A model generated the notes under the pieces. That model worked only from the letters and a program-made list of their open reading frames with translations. It was not told where the DNA came from and searched no databases. DNA of 64,000 bases, taken from positions 32,001 through 96,000 of the forward strand of contig OZ219751.1 in assembly GCA_964291315.2 (NCBI GenBank), read 5' to 3'. A program made the translations under genes and the position numbers. Source of the stretch: Candidatus Poribacteria bacterium. GTDB lineage: Bacteria > Poribacteria > WGA-4E > WGA-3G. This document shows, in pieces, positions 21,401 through 31,595 of the stretch (the stretch's first letter is position 1; every line of letters starts with the position of its first letter).

Positions 21401-22650
21401 CGTGAGCCGTCCCACCATCTTGTGGTATATTCGTCGCTGAACCAGACGCGTCCTTGGCTATCGCTCTGAATTGTAGGGGTTTTCCGATTCATAGCTGTTT
21501 CGTGAAGGGCTGATATTGAACGTCGTCTGGCACGTTTGCGGTTGCGTTTCCGATTTATAGTTGTTTCCTGAGGGGTGCTTGAGGCGGAGCTTTTATACCG
21601 GGAAGTTGCGGGGAGAATCTGCTCAAAGTTTTTTCTGTCAAAACGTAGAAGGAGGTTGTAGCCACCGAACCAAAGGTTCCCTGAGTTATCTTCGGCAATT
21701 GCTGTGATTCCTCCCGGAGTGTGAAAGTTTGAGGGCTGGTAACGTACAACCTTCTGTCCATCTGATGCAACTGTGGTTTTTACAACGCGAAAGTTTTCAG
21801 CATCGTAACGTACAAACCCGCTGCGTGCTTGCGTGTGCGGTGTGCTGTCGTCTGTTTTGTTCGTTGTTTCGCGGCTTAGCGTTTCGTTTCCCTGATGACT
21901 TTCTCGGAAGCTCAGGATAACTCCTATTTGTTGATTTTCGCCTACACTTCCGCCGAGCCACAGTGTTCCGTCTTTACTTTCGAAGATAACGTTGATGGTC
22001 AAATATGTTGAACCGAGTAAATCTTCGCCTATAATTTCGTTGGGTTGTGCTTGTGGTGGGTGTTGGGTATCTGCAACATATTTCGTCAGTCGCTGTTTTC
22101 CTCCAACCCATATGTTCCCTAGGTGATCGGCAATCAGTGAGTTGCCATTGCCGATTAGACTGATTGAGTTGCCATCGAATCGGCTCACTCGTCCTATTCT
22201 TTCTGAGGGTACTCGTGTGAGGAACCATATGTATCCCCACTTATCCTCAACGATTTGTAGGGTTTGTCCAAGTAGTGCCCCGGGGCCCACTTTGGCAGAG
22301 AGCAATTCCGAGGGGTTTAAAGACCCATAATACGGTTCAAAGGTGTTTCCATCAAAGCGACTGACCCCATTTTGATCAGAACCGAACCAGAGGTTCCCGC
22401 GGCTGTCCTGGAAAATAACAGGAACGACGGGCCCCACCAAACCATCAGCAACAGTGTAAGTTTGTATCTGCTCAGCGTGAGTATCAAAATAAGCAGAAAT
22501 TGCAACAAAAACTACACTAAAGATAAGCATCAAAATTTTTGCTGGAGCCGGTAAGTTTATGAAACTTGCTAAACGAAGGTTAGGGGTTGCCATAAGCTTT
22601 GTGTGCTCTAAGATCATTTTATCGTTTTGTCGCCTAGAGGTACGAGTCAA
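18497..22650 (-). CDS. Membrane sensor: beta-propeller (Reg_prop) + Y_Y_Y domain + TM + SpoIIE/PP2C phosphatase, split by a 1-nt frameshift near 19922
   Basis: Repeated (E/Q)DSxGxLWF propeller blades; YTGLKAGNYSFLVKA; VGGDFYD, DAAGKG, YTDGL and DDMT PP2C motifs; frame continues as GLAHNNISKVYES after the shift. Confidence 0.8.
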
Positions 22651-22767
22651 AAATTCTCTGTGTCAGGCGCTATCTTCTGAGCGCTCCGTCCATTGTTGCT
22701 TTGAGTGGAAATTTGGCTTATAGGTTTTTTGTATAAATAGCATTGATACAAGAGCGTCATCTAATGG

Positions 22768-23943
22768 TTAGTGCGCGAAATCGCGAATCCGTGAAATTGC
22801 CTCATCGATTACCGGGTCCGGATACGTAAGCGAGATCCGGCAATAGCCCTCGCTCCATTGACCGTATCCTATCCCTGGTGTCAACACAACCCCGACCTCT
22901 TCGAGGAGTGCTGTTGCAAAGGCACGGCTTGAACCTTCGAAACGTGGTGGAACAGGAGCCCAAATATAAATTGTCGCCTTCGGTTTTTCTAGATCCCATC
23001 CGCTATCTGTAAGTGCGTCTACTACCATATCTCGTCGTCGCTGATAGATGGCATTTATTGCGGGTGTGACTTCGTCTGCCACGGAGAGCGCCTTTGCACC
23101 CGCGAATTGAAGAGCACGGAGTGAACCGTTGTCTATGTTATCCTTAACAGTCTTAATAGCACCTACAGCGGTTGGATTACCTACGACAAAGCCCAATCTC
23201 CACCCTGTCATATTAAACGCTTTACTCAGCGAAAAGAATTCAACGGCTACTTCAGCAGCTCCCTCTACCTGCAATATACTCGGTGCCTTGTATCCATCGT
23301 AAGTGTTTTCACTGTAGGCGTTGTCGTGTGCAATGAGAATATTGTTTTCCCGTCCGAATTCCACCGCACGCTCGAAAAAATCGAGGTCTGCGGTCGCTGT
23401 TGTCGGATTGTTCGGATAGTTGATCCAGAGGACTTTAGCAAGCCGTTTTATCTCATCAGGAATAGCATCAAAATCGACATAGAAATTGTTTTCTCGGAGA
23501 AGTGGCGCATAATAAGTCGTCGCACTTGCAAAAACGTGTCCGATATTGTAAGTAGGATAGCCGGGACTTGCAGCGATACCAATATCACCGGGGTTCAGTA
23601 TGCCCAATGCTAGTTTGACAATAGCATCTTTACTTCCGAGTGTTATCACAACTTGATCTTCCGATAACGCAACACCGTAGCGCCGTTGATAAAAACTCAA
23701 AACTGCCTCTGAAAAGTCGGCAACTGGATTGTCGCACCCATAACGGTGGCGGTCGGGGTCTTTCAGGTTTTGGATTGCGTATGTGAGACTTTCGACGATC
23801 GGATCTGGGGTCGAAACATCGGGATCACCGATTCCGAGGCTAATTACATCAACGCCTCTTGCTTGTGCTGCCTGCATCTTTTGGCGCAGTTCCACGAAAA
23901 GATAGGGGGGAAGTTTCTGTAACCTTTCTGCGATTGTAATCAA
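22768..23943 (-). CDS. dapL: LL-diaminopimelate aminotransferase (class I/II PLP aminotransferase)
   Basis: PPYLF, LGIGDPD, NYPNNPT, HDNAY and SLSKAFNMTGWRLG motifs; lies near dapB genes. Confidence 0.75.
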   Translation of the reverse strand: MITIAERLQKLPPYLFVELRQKMQAAQARGVDVISLGIGDPDVSTPDPIVESLTYAIQNLKDPDRHRYGCDNPVADFSEAVLSFYQRRYGVALSEDQVVITLGSKDAIVKLALGILNPGDIGIAASPGYPTYNIGHVFASATTYYAPLLRENNFYVDFDAIPDEIKRLAKVLWINYPNNPTTATADLDFFERAVEFGRENNILIAHDNAYSENTYDGYKAPSILQVEGAAEVAVEFFSLSKAFNMTGWRLGFVVGNPTAVGAIKTVKDNIDNGSLRALQFAGAKALSVADEVTPAINAIYQRRRDMVVDALTDSGWDLEKPKATIYIWAPVPPRFEGSSRAFATALLEEVGVVLTPGIGYGQWSEGYCRISLTYPDPVIDEAISRIRDFAH

Positions 23944-23984
23944 AATTGATCTCCTAATTACACTTTTTCACAATACACATCACT

Positions 23985-24320
23985 TAAAATCATGTGTAAA
24001 GGTAAAGAATTTAAAAAATATTTGAGTTGAAGGATTGCCTGCTGGGTATCACTAAGGTTTTCCATAACATTTGGATAAAGTACATACTTTGACTACCCAT
24101 AACCAACGCTATAACAGTAATAGAGCGTCGGCCGCGGTTTGCCAGAAACGTTGATAACAGAACCTTACCTTGTGTTAGTGCCTCGATAAAAAATAATAGC
24201 GTCTACTGCCCGGGCAGGAATCCGTGTCGATACAGGATCTTCATTCGGATGACTGCCGCAAGGTTTATGGAAATTGCTCTTATGCGTCTCCGGTATAGCA
24301 GCAAAGCAGCCGCCTTTTAC
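23985..24320 (-). ncRNA. Candidate structured leader RNA upstream of dapL
   Basis: Several nested stems and an U-rich tract downstream of a sigma70 promoter (see findings). Confidence 0.4.
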
Positions 24321-24325
24321 ATCAC

Positions 24326-24354
24326 AATCTAACAAATGAAGCCTTGCAAGTCAA
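24326..24354 (-). promoter_or_regulatory. sigma70-type promoter for the dapL leader
   Basis: Minus strand TTGACT-17 nt-TAGATT with TG extension. Confidence 0.55.
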
Positions 24355-24413
24355 ATAAATATTTCTGTCCGTAGATCATGCTGTTCGCCCTTTGATGTGG
24401 ACCTCATTAACAA

Positions 24414-26533
24414 TTATCGAACGGCTTCATATTTAAGAATGGTTCCGTTTTGACCAACTACCCAACCGTTGTTTAAGTTGCTTACATAAATGGCCTTCAA
24501 GTCTGTTCGGGTATCTGTCCGCTGTGGTCTCCAATTTTGTCCACCGTTCTTTGTGTGTAGGACCAGCCCTTCCTTTCCGGCAATCCAACCAGCTGTTTCA
24601 GATAAAAAAAATACATCGTCGAGGAAATTAGCTGTATAACTCTCTTGGCGTTGCCATGTTTTCCCCGCGTTATCTGTGTGGAGAATCAAACCATCCATAC
24701 CCAAACTGCGCATATCTAGTCCAACCACCCATCCTTTGTCTGCCGTGACAAAAGTGACAGCGTCTAAGAGAAAGAATGGGTGGCTCCTGCTGATAGAGGC
24801 AAGCTGCCAATAGATACCCCCGTCGAGTGTAGAAAGAATAGTACCGTTCATTCCGACTGCCCAACCGCGCTGCTTTGACGTAAAGTGAACGTCAAAGAGG
24901 TTCCAAGTCGTCCCACTCTCTTGGCGTTGCCATGTTTTCCCTCCATTATTTGTATGGATGATTTCCCCACCACTCCCCACGCACCATCCTGTTTCTTCAT
25001 CCACAAAAAAAACAGCGAGTAGCTCTTGTTCAGTTCCAGAGGCTTGACGTTGCCAGACGCTTCCACCGTTTGCGGTATACAAAACTACCCCGGCTTCTGC
25101 AACTGCCCACCCTTTCTCTGGGGACACGAAGTACGTAGCGCCGAAACATTCGGTCGTCCGACTATCCTGTGCATCCCAGACAAATCCGCCATCCTTCGTT
25201 CGTAGAATAGCACCACGATCGCCGACAACATATCCTTCCTTTGAAGAGACAGCGCAGACATCCATAAGGAGATGACTCGGATTTGACTGTGATTCCCAGG
25301 TTATACCACCGTTCCGAGTATGTAAGATTGTGCCATTTTCACCGACCGCCCACCCCAGCTGTTTAGAGATAAAGTCAACACCTAACAAGACAGCATCTGC
25401 ACTGTTGTGGAAACGCGGGCCTCCGCGTTGATGTTTCCACTTGCCTTTCCCGCGGGACGAAGTGTGAAGAATAACCCCTAAGTCGCCAACAATCCAACCA
25501 TTTTGGGAATCCGTAAAATCGATATCATAAAGTGTAAAGGTGTGTAACGGTTCATTGCCAAGATACTCCGGTTGTCCATAACTACTTCTATGTCGTTGAT
25601 TGCTACCATCTGTGACGAATTCCCAGGTTTCTCCGCTGTTGGTTGTTGAAAAAACGCTCCGTTGATCGCCCACAACCCAGCCTGTCTGTTTGTCTATAAA
25701 GTAAACATCGAAAAGAGCTTGCTCTGTTGAGAATTGTATTTCCCAAGTTTCCCCTCCATCGGTTGTTCTATAGATGTAACCGGAGGGGTTACCGGTTAAT
25801 GGCAAAGACGGTTCTTCGCGCTTCGACAGAACGCGAGCAGCTCCGAAGTTTGCTTCTGACGTTGGTGTATTATAGGTGATAATCCATCCCTGATTTTCGT
25901 CTACAAAGTGAACCCCTTTTAGGGATTTTCTACCAAACACGCTCCCGTCAGCTTTAATAAAGGTCTTTCCGCCATCGATTGTTTTGAGCAGTGTTCCCCA
26001 ATCTCCAACTATCCAGCCTACAACTTCTCCTATAAACATGGCGTGTAGATTATCTTCTGTACCCGTTTCAATGGAGTGCCATGTCTGCCCACCATCGATG
26101 GTATGGATGAGCACACCACTTTCTCCGAGGCACCATCCCTCTAAGGCAGAACGAAAATAGACATTACGCAGAGGTTTACCGAAAACGCCACTGTTCTGTT
26201 TCTGCCATGTCTGCCCACCATCGATAGTATGGATGATTAAGCTCTCAGATTCTTCTATAAGATCTAAACCTGGGACCACATCTATCGCATTGCCCACGAT
26301 CCAGCCCTGCTTTTCAGAAATAAAGTGGACATCGTAGAGGTGCGAGCTCCAGTCACCTTCCATAACCGTTTTCCATTCGTACCGTATCTGCCGCTTAGAT
26401 GCACTGTTCTCACAGCCCGCGATAGGTAGGATAATTATGAGCAGGAAAATAAAACATCTATTGGTTATCAGGAGACAGCCATCAATTAATCGGAGTAGCT
26501 GTATATTGTGCACATACGACAAACATCTCTTCA
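24414..26533 (-). CDS. YCF48-related / BNR-repeat beta-propeller lipoprotein (start codon uncertain)
   Basis: Lipobox IAG-C after a hydrophobic stretch; many GW(A/I)VG..G.I..T.DGG.TW repeats. Confidence 0.8.
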
Positions 26534-26564
26534 ACTCAAGACTGATAACTGATAACTGATAACC
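26455..26564. repeat. Element bounded by heptamer repeats, overlapping the 5' end of the YCF48-like gene
   Basis: ACTGATA-ACTGATA-ACTGATAACC at 26541-26564 and an inverted decayed GGTTATCAG/GCCATCAA arm at 26463-26485. Confidence 0.6.
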
Positions 26565-26565
26565 G

Positions 26566-27366
26566 TTAACAAAGAATTTTGCTGACATCGTGCAAACCTT
26601 TAGGAGCATTGAGGACCCACCTTGCCGCGCGGATCCCCCCTTTGGCAAATGCGTCCCTATTGTGAGATCGATGGACGATTCTTAATTGTTCATCCTCAGT
26701 TGTAAAAAGCACGGTGTGATCACCTGCAATATCCCCGCCGCGAACCGCGTAAATTCCAATCTCTTTCTCAGGTCTCACACTAGCCATACCGTGATGATCG
26801 TGGACATCTACTTCCAGTAAATCACGTCCCAAGGCTATGGCGACGGTTTCTGCGAGACGGAGTGCGGTTCCACTCGGTGCATCTACTTTGTGGTTGTGAT
26901 GTGCCTCTATTACTTCAATATTGTAATCGTCTCCGAGGGCTTTTGCAATTAATTCTAATGCTTGGATCATTACATTGATGCCCAAGCTCATATTTGGTGC
27001 CATCACGCAGCGAATCTTGGATGCCAATTCTTTAACAGTTACCAATTCATCAGAACTGAAACCTGTTGTTCCAATAACTATCGCTTTGCCCGCCGCTACA
27101 ACTTGTCGGAGATATTGCACAGATGCTTCAGGTTTTGAGAAATCGATGAAAACATCTGCGTTTTCAAGCACATCCTCAAGTTCACCCCTTACAGTTACTC
27201 CAATCTCGTCAATACCTACGACAACTCCAACATCAGTCCCAACTTGTGGATGTCCTGTGTATTGGATAGCCCCAGTAAGTTCCATGTCAACTTGTTGGGA
27301 AATGCTTTGCGTAATGCATTGACCCATACGACCACAGACTCCAATGATAGCTACACGAATCATCAC
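26566..27366 (-). CDS. dapB: 4-hydroxy-tetrahydrodipicolinate reductase, downstream copy
   Basis: GVCGRMG, GTTG, APNMS, EAHHNHKVDAPSGTA and RGGDIAGDH motifs. Confidence 0.88.
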   Translation of the reverse strand: MMIRVAIIGVCGRMGQCITQSISQQVDMELTGAIQYTGHPQVGTDVGVVVGIDEIGVTVRGELEDVLENADVFIDFSKPEASVQYLRQVVAAGKAIVIGTTGFSSDELVTVKELASKIRCVMAPNMSLGINVMIQALELIAKALGDDYNIEVIEAHHNHKVDAPSGTALRLAETVAIALGRDLLEVDVHDHHGMASVRPEKEIGIYAVRGGDIAGDHTVLFTTEDEQLRIVHRSHNRDAFAKGGIRAARWVLNAPKGLHDVSKILC

Positions 27367-27393
27367 AAGTTTACTTAAAGATACGATTCGTCC

Positions 27394-28224
27394 TTACTGT
27401 TTTTCGAAAAGAACTTTACTGACATCGTGCAAACCTTTAGGAGCATTGAGGACCCACCTTGCCGCGCGGATCGCCCCTTTAGCGAACGCTTCTGGGCTGT
27501 GTGCACGATGGACGACTTTTAATTGTTCACCCTCAGTTACAAATAACACGGTATGATCGCCCGCAATATCACCGCCGCGAACCGCGTGGATGCCAATTTC
27601 CTGTTGCGTCCGCGCCCCAACAATACCGCGACGCCCGTAAACACCTGCTTCTACTAAATCACGTCCCAAGGCTATGGCGACGGTTTCTGCGAGACGGAGT
27701 GCGGTTCCACTCGGTGCATCTACTTTGTGGTTGTGATGTGCCTCTATTACTTCAATATTGTAATCGTCTCCGAGGGCTTTTGCAATTAATTCTAATGCTT
27801 GGATCATTACATTGATGCCCAAGCTCATATTTGGTGCCATCACGCAGCGAATCTCGGATGCCAGTTCTTTAACGGTTGCAAGCTCATCAGGGTTGTAACC
27901 GGTTGTGGCGATTACCATGGCTTTATCTGCATTAACAGCTTGCCGGAGGTGCTGCAAGGTTGCTTCTGGATTCGAGAACTCGATGACGACATCCGCTCTT
28001 TCAAGTACATCTTCAAGTTCACTTGTAATCGTCACGCCAGTTTCACCAATGCCCGCCACAACTCCAACATCAGTCCCGATTTGCGGGTGTTTAGGGTATT
28101 CAATCGCCCCAACAAGTTTCATATCATCTTGTTGAGCGATCCCTTGGGTAATGAGCCGACCCATACGACCACATGCCCCATTAATAATTACATGAATCAT
28201 TTTTTTTCTTTTAACTTTGTTCAC
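27394..28224 (-). CDS. dapB: 4-hydroxy-tetrahydrodipicolinate reductase, upstream copy
   Basis: GACGRMG, ATTG, EAHHNHKVDAPSGTA and YGRRG..GAR motifs. Confidence 0.92.
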   Translation of the reverse strand: MNKVKRKKMIHVIINGACGRMGRLITQGIAQQDDMKLVGAIEYPKHPQIGTDVGVVAGIGETGVTITSELEDVLERADVVIEFSNPEATLQHLRQAVNADKAMVIATTGYNPDELATVKELASEIRCVMAPNMSLGINVMIQALELIAKALGDDYNIEVIEAHHNHKVDAPSGTALRLAETVAIALGRDLVEAGVYGRRGIVGARTQQEIGIHAVRGGDIAGDHTVLFVTEGEQLKVVHRAHSPEAFAKGAIRAARWVLNAPKGLHDVSKVLFEKQ

Positions 28225-28291
28225 CGTTTCATGTTATTTCACGGTGGCTTTCAGTTAATTCCAGCTCCCTCTTGGTAAAAAAGATTACTTA

Positions 28292-28385
28292 ATGGCTATT
28301 GGTTGTCAAGAGAAGGTAAGCGGTCGAGAACGGTTGTGATGCCTACAACCAGTTCAAGTTACTGACTGCTAACAACTGATAACCA
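28292..28385. repeat. Intergenic element bounded by heptamer repeats
   Basis: GGCTATT-GGTTGTC left arm and CTGACTG-CTAACAA-CTGATAACC right arm. Confidence 0.5.
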
Positions 28386-28515
28386 TTTTTATTTCAAGTT
28401 TAGCAAGTACGCTAGTTTCTATAGTCTTGTCCGTACATCAGCCATATATCAGGAATGGATACCTTAGGCCTTAATTTATCAAAAATCAGATTTTATGTAA
28501 ACAGGAAAAGACCTT

Positions 28516-29469
28516 TTATGGTGAATTATCGAGTAGAAGGGTAGCACGGGAAGTGTGTGCTGCAACGCGGTTAGTTTTCCCTAATTTTGCTTGTTCTCCG
28601 GCGCGGTAGGAGCTTCGCACTAGGGGGCCTGATTCCACGTGTCGAAACCCCATTTCTATTCCAGTTTCGTTGAGTTCATCAAATTCTTCAGGGGTGTAGT
28701 AGCGTTGGATCGGTAAGTGACGTGTGGAAGGAGCAAGGTATTGCCCGATCGTAAGAATATCACATCCTGTGTTACGGATGTCCTGCATCGTTTCTAAGAT
28801 TTCTGTTACTGTTTCGCCTAGGCCTACCATAAGTCCGGACTTTGTGAGCATCTCGGTGTCGAGCATCTTAACTATTTCGAGCAGCTTTAGAGTCTGTTGG
28901 TAGTTAGCGTACGGGCGGACACGACGGTACAAACGCGGCACAGTCTCCGTGTTATGATTCAGAACTTCAGGGCGTGCTTGTACGATGACCTCAAGTGCCT
29001 TCCAATTGCCCTCGAGATCCGGAATAAGAGCTTCCAAGGTACATCCGGGGTGGTTTTTCCGTGCCTCCGAGATGCATTCAGCAAAGACGCTGGCACCACC
29101 ATCTCGAAGATCATCCCGATTGACAGATGTGATGACAACATGTTCAAGTTTTAGATAACCGACAGCCTCGCCAATGCGTCTCGGTTCGTCAGTATCAAGG
29201 GTACCGCCCGGGGATCCCTTCTTGACAGCGCAGAACATGCAACGCCGCGTGCAGACATCACCTAATATCATAAAGGTTGCAGTCCGACCGTTCCAGCATT
29301 CGCCGATATTTGGACATTGTGCTTCTTCACAGACAGTGTGCAGTTCTAAATCGCGCATTAATTTTTTGAGTTCAACGTAATTCCCACCGCTTGGAATCCG
29401 CGCTTTAATCCACTCCGGATGCCTATGATGCTGTCTGTTCGTGTTGACAATTGGAAGGTCTTTTAACAT
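28516..29469 (-). CDS. lipA: Lipoyl synthase
   Basis: CEEAQCPNIGEC, CTRRCMFC and LVRSSY motifs. Confidence 0.96.
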   Translation of the reverse strand: MLKDLPIVNTNRQHHRHPEWIKARIPSGGNYVELKKLMRDLELHTVCEEAQCPNIGECWNGRTATFMILGDVCTRRCMFCAVKKGSPGGTLDTDEPRRIGEAVGYLKLEHVVITSVNRDDLRDGGASVFAECISEARKNHPGCTLEALIPDLEGNWKALEVIVQARPEVLNHNTETVPRLYRRVRPYANYQQTLKLLEIVKMLDTEMLTKSGLMVGLGETVTEILETMQDIRNTGCDILTIGQYLAPSTRHLPIQRYYTPEEFDELNETGIEMGFRHVESGPLVRSSYRAGEQAKLGKTNRVAAHTSRATLLLDNSP

Positions 29470-29507
29470 TATTACGTCCTAGCTGTCTTGCTTTGCTATA
29501 AAGATAG

Positions 29508-29598
29508 CGGGAGAGGGTGGGAGTCGAACCCACCTATCCACTTGCATGGACAAGCCGGTTTTGAAGACCGGTAGGGCCACCGGACCCTATCCTCCCCC
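29508..29598 (-). tRNA. selC: tRNA-Sec (anticodon UCA)
   Basis: GGGGGAGG/CCTCTCCC 8-bp acceptor stem, CCGGT-CTTCAAA-ACCGG anticodon arm, long variable arm, GTTCGACTCC T arm; directly follows selB; CCA not encoded. Confidence 0.95.
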
Positions 29599-29618
29599 AT
29601 CATTTAAATGTTGCATAA

Positions 29619-31559
29619 CTATACCTGCAACTGTCGCGGATGCAACCTTCGGACATTCCCGTCTCGGATCGTCAGATTTTGACTGTCACAATACTCTAAG
29701 AACGGGACTGCATATTTACGAGAGGTTTGGGCAATTTCGCGAAATTGGGCAACAGTTATCATATCATTCTTACGAAGATAAGCAATTAATAATTTCTGTC
29801 CTTCTTCAAGAGAAGTCGTGTGGATGAAAAAACCTTCTCCTATTTTAACGAACTGTCCCAAGCGTAGAAGCGCGAAAAAGGTTGATTCAAGCACCTTAGG
29901 CGTGTAGTCTGGCAGTAGCTTACCTAATTCATTGAGTGTTGGAGGGTGAATACCTGCTTCTAAGAACAACTTCTCTAATTTCTCTTTAGCGGTTTCTTCT
30001 TCTTGAGAAAACTGGATTTCATGGGAACTCAATCGGAGGAGATTGCCCTCTTTAACAACCTGATGTTCCATAATGAGTTGGCCCTCTAGTTTCTCAAAGC
30101 CTGTTTCGTCCAACGCGACTTCTCCGCGGAGTTGTGTGGCATTTTGTCCTGGAAGAAGGGGGTGTGCTTCATGAAAGTTTGCTAACGCCTTTAACATTTT
30201 TTCTTTGATTTTTGCAGTCCGAGAAGCGTCGGAGACTGAAGAGTTCCTACTAGATTTATCCCAATGTACAATTTCCCCATCAGCTTCTAATCTACCTAAA
30301 ATTGCGGTCACATCCTGCTGTGAATGCGGGAGATAGTACTGGAGGAAAGGCTCGGGTACGCAAAGCGTGCTGCTATTTTTCAATACGATATTAACTATCT
30401 GGGCATTATCAGCCTCTTTCCATTGTGCTAAAGTGGCTACGGTTTCCGACGTAAACCGTTTATGTTTGGGAGCGAAAGGATTGATAACCTCACCGCCCCC
30501 AACGGTATGTTGTGCTGAAAAATCTCGCAGAATGATTCGGTCTCCCCTAAACGTTAAAACCGGGTGTTCTAAACGAAGTTGAGCTTGCACGGTGTCTCCC
30601 GGTAGAATTGCCTCGTCTACTAACATAATCAAGCGACAAAATATCTCACGGGTTCCGATATATGCTCGTAGGCGACTCCAATGCTCTAAGATCCTTGGAA
30701 ATGAGGACAAGATTCGCAATGACACATCTATATTATCGGTGACTTGAGAAAAATCGATGGGGCAAAGTACATCGCCGCGTTGAATGGTTTGGACAGAAGG
30801 GCCTGATAGGTTGAGTGCTGTTCTTTGCCCTGCTTGCGCAACAGGGGCAGGTTCGTTATGCACTTGTATTCCGCGCACCCGTACAGGATCCCCTTGCGGA
30901 AGAATAACCATCCGCTGATCCTGGTGAATAGAACCACCGATAAGGGTGCCCGTGATAACAGTGCCAAATCCTTGAATAGTGAAAACTCGGTCAACGTATA
31001 ATCGCGGAATCCCATCAGTTTCTTCGACTTTTGTTGCGAGTGCTACTTGTTCAACAATAATTTGTTTTAAAGTATCGATACCAGCACCCGTTATAGAAGA
31101 GACACCAACGGTAGGAATGCCTTCCAAGGTTGTCCCAATAAACATTTCCTGCGTCATTTCCGTGGCTTCTTTCAACTCATCGAGCGTTGTCAAATCAGAT
31201 TTCGTCATGACGAGGACACCATTTGAAATACCTAACAAATCCAATATTGCCAAGTGTTCAAGGGTCTGTTCTTGGAATCCCTCTTTTGCATCTACCACAA
31301 AAAGAACGATATCCATGCCGTAAGCGCCCGATAGCATGCTTCGGATAAATTTCTCGTGTCCGGGAACATCAACGATGCCGGCACGTGAGCCATCTGGCAA
31401 ATCGAAGTAAGCGAAGCCTAATTCAATAGACAGGCCACGTTCACGCTCTTCCTTGAGTCTGTCTGTCTCCATGCCAGTGAGCATGACAATCAGTGCGGTT
31501 TTTCCGTGATCTACGTGTCCCGCTGTTCCAATGATGAGATGTCGTCTGTCTTGATGCAT
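29619..31559 (-). CDS. selB: Selenocysteine-specific elongation factor
   Basis: GTAGHVDHGKT, DVPGHEKF, TKSD and C-terminal winged-helix SRKYAVPFLEYCD motifs. Confidence 0.96.
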   Translation of the reverse strand: MHQDRRHLIIGTAGHVDHGKTALIVMLTGMETDRLKEERERGLSIELGFAYFDLPDGSRAGIVDVPGHEKFIRSMLSGAYGMDIVLFVVDAKEGFQEQTLEHLAILDLLGISNGVLVMTKSDLTTLDELKEATEMTQEMFIGTTLEGIPTVGVSSITGAGIDTLKQIIVEQVALATKVEETDGIPRLYVDRVFTIQGFGTVITGTLIGGSIHQDQRMVILPQGDPVRVRGIQVHNEPAPVAQAGQRTALNLSGPSVQTIQRGDVLCPIDFSQVTDNIDVSLRILSSFPRILEHWSRLRAYIGTREIFCRLIMLVDEAILPGDTVQAQLRLEHPVLTFRGDRIILRDFSAQHTVGGGEVINPFAPKHKRFTSETVATLAQWKEADNAQIVNIVLKNSSTLCVPEPFLQYYLPHSQQDVTAILGRLEADGEIVHWDKSSRNSSVSDASRTAKIKEKMLKALANFHEAHPLLPGQNATQLRGEVALDETGFEKLEGQLIMEHQVVKEGNLLRLSSHEIQFSQEEETAKEKLEKLFLEAGIHPPTLNELGKLLPDYTPKVLESTFFALLRLGQFVKIGEGFFIHTTSLEEGQKLLIAYLRKNDMITVAQFREIAQTSRKYAVPFLEYCDSQNLTIRDGNVRRLHPRQLQV

Positions 31560-31595
31560 CAGATGGCTTACTATAACGTTTTTTGCGATTGCCCA

